In this document: positions 61,625 to 64,000 of the stretch, piece after piece
How the letters are laid out: each line of letters starts with the position of its first letter
How positions within the stretch are numbered: the first letter of the stretch is position 1
NCBI RefSeq assembly: GCF_041146345.1
Contig: NW_027191411.1
Location: forward strand, 1 to 64,000
Reading direction: 5' to 3'
DNA from: Neodothiora populina
Lineage: Eukaryota
DNA: 64,000 nt
Position numbers and translations under genes: made by a program
Notes under the pieces: generated by a model
The model's input: the letters and a program-made list of their open reading frames with translations, nothing else
The model's database searches: none
What the model was told of the DNA's origin: nothing

Positions 61625-62290
61625 TTGGTGTCGGGCACACGCACATAATTCAGCATACCACGGAGATCCAAATCGTAAGAAATGCAAATAATGTTGCGGA
61701 CACTTTGGTATTGAGGATAATGGGTAGAATGTTGTAGTCTGGGGTCTAACGATAAGAAGACATCTACAGGGACTTGGGCAAGGATCCGTATGGCTTGGCG
61801 GGGCGGCACTCCCGTCCGTCGTCCCGCAAGCTAAAACAACGGAAGAAAGTCCGAAGACGGTACCATCAAGGTCTATGAGATAAGGTGATGACACTCGGAA
61901 CAAGTATAGGAGGCAGATGGTTCGCTACGGACCGAGCTGCTCGACACCGTGGGGCGGAGGTGTATTTAGCAGGCATGTGAGAGGGCCACCGGCGTTCCCG
62001 TTCGCGTCATTGCTGATCAGCGTTGAATAATACGATTGCAGCATGTGGTACATATACCGGTAAACCATACAGCGGCGAGATATGCGTAGAAAAGGATTCG
62101 TGATTTGGGAATATGATAGGCAAGGCAAAGAGTACATGTAAGATGTCAATAATATCACGCCTTGGTATCTTTAGAGTGTGGTTCGGTAGCACAAGGTCAA
62201 GGAATTCGCTCCGATATCCTGACCTGTGACCTGACCTGAAGGCGCGGCCCCCACGGACGCCGCCCCCTTCATTATGCTGCCTTTCTCCTT

Positions 62291-63995
62291 CTACCTTGTC
62301 AACGCTAGTTGCACGGACTCGGCCATGGCCAGCAGCTTTTCTTCCTGCAACCTCCTGCCTACCAATTGCAGACAAATTGGAGCATCGCGATATTTGGCGG
62401 GTCCCTCTTTGTAATAATCGCGATACTCCTGGTCCTTTGGACTCATTATTGGCAGAGTAGAGGCTCGTGTGTCTGTCTCTTTGACACATGTGACAGGGAA
62501 CACGACGCCAGGGAGATCTAGCACGTTGAAAACGGAAGTATAACCCCAGTATCTACTTTCGCCATGCGCCGATGCTGCGGAGGCGTTGGCAGGACAGAGG
62601 ATGGCATCGATTCCCATCGAGCGCCATTGCTCTGCATAACAAGTTCGCAGGTAGTCTCGGTCCCGGTTGCATTGCCATGAGTCTTCTAAGGTGCATCGCT
62701 CGCCAGCTTCATCGACAAGCCACTTGATGATGGGTACAGCGGGGTCCGATGGGCCCGTCATATCGCGGTATTCTTGAGCGCCGTCAAGGAAGTATGCCTT
62801 TCCAATCCATTCGAGCAAAGGCAGGTGATACTTCGGGTCCCAATCGACGATATCGTGACCGGCAGCACGGAGAGCGTCGATGGTCTCTTCCATTGCTCGT
62901 GCGATTGGCGGGTGCGGCGCGACAATGCCGTCATGCCTGATAACTCCGATGGTCAATTTTTTGGGGATATCATTCACGGTCGTTGATCTCCAAGGGATTC
63001 CTATCAGAGAGGGCTCATGATCCCAAGGCTCGTAGTCCAACGCCACCTTGCAGAAGAGACGTAGATCTTCGACACTATTCGCCATGGGTCCAACACATCC
63101 TATGATGTTCTCCATTCCAGCGTGCAGACCAGTGAGTCCACCATGGGGGATGCGAGCGACACTGGGCTTCAAGCCCCAGCCACCGCAGAATGCACTTGGC
63201 GCACGAATTGAACCTCCAATATCGGTACCAATACCAAGAGGACTACCCCGCATGGCAATTATCGCAGACTCACCCCCTGAGCTACCACCGGGAGTCAGAT
63301 TTCTATTAAAAGGATTGACAGTCCTGCCGAAAAGGTTGCTATCGGTCTCGAGCGCCTTGTAAAGTCAGTTAGGCGGTCGCTGGTACGTGCATGGAACTCA
63401 CCATCAATGTCTGAGGGTTCGTGGTCTTGACGTGAAACACCGCGCCTGCTTCTCGAAGAATTTTCACAATCAAAGCATCGTGAGGGCTGATCACATCCTT
63501 CCATGCAATCAATCCAGATGTGGCGGGGGTGCCCTTGAGGAAGATGTGCTCCTTCACAGAGATTGGCAGACCATGCAAGGGTCCGATCGGCTTGCCTTTC
63601 TTCTCCATACACTCGTCAAGAGCTCGGGCCTGCTCTACAGCTTCTTTGAAGAGAACGAGCGCAATACAGTTAGTCTGTGATAGAAAGTCAGAATGTTATC
63701 ATCAACGCATTCGTGGCATACCACGCACAGCCTGTTGAGCTATCGCCGCTCGCTTGCAAAAAGCAACTGTGACTTCTACCGCTGAGTAATCACGACTTCT
63801 CAGCTTTTCAACAAGGTCGACCGCTCGCGATTCCGTGATCTTCAGCTCGCGAGGGGACAGGAGCCCAGAAGCGCTTGGCCAGCTCGTTGTGTTGGTGCCA
63901 TCCAACAATGACTCCTCAATCTTATACTCGGAGATAGCATCTTCCAGCTCATGTCGCTTCGCCGCGGCGATTGATTGCCAGGATAGTTTTGCCAT
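62291..63995 (-). CDS. Amidase signature family enzyme (acetamidase-like), 3 exons
   Basis: GPLHGLPISVK, TPGGSSGGES, GIGTDIGGSIR and YTSVFNVLDLP. Confidence 0.92.
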
Positions 63996-64000
63996 TGTGT

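Noticed and set aside
61625..61903. Long N-terminal extension of the right-hand Zn2Cys6 ORF
   Set aside because: It begins at a non-ATG codon; the ATG at 61624 just before the Zn cluster is more plausible

Overview
Fungal (filamentous ascomycete) genomic DNA with spliceosomal introns. It is probably subtelomeric at the left end (inference). Bases 1-2750 hold nested, RIP-mutated relics: a Tad-like LINE 3' end with an (AATC)n tail, a DUF3505/OrsD-type gene of the telomere-linked RecQ-helicase kind, and a 198-bp LTR. From about 2.8 to 44 kb lies an accessory nutrient-scavenging region with 8 transporter genes, several enzymes and decaying genes. Its most interesting part is a four-gene cluster at 2.8-11.7 kb: a Dip5-like amino acid permease, a secreted L-asparaginase, a Zn2Cys6 transcription factor and an intronless class-V PLP enzyme of unknown activity. 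Their promoters share a repeated CGGA-N4-GAA-N2-CCG (CGG-N10-CCG) motif, which points to a candidate undescribed amino-acid-amide catabolic regulon. Also notable is an Ada-like regulator divergent from an MCT-type transporter, with a triple 22-bp repeat between them. From 44.6 kb the genes look more like core genes: GH5 glucanase, cmkB, App1-like phosphatase, cofactor-independent phosphoglycerate mutase, an SDR, a Gly/Ala-repeat secreted protein, a Zn2Cys6 factor and an amidase. Exon boundaries were read by eye and no database search was run.
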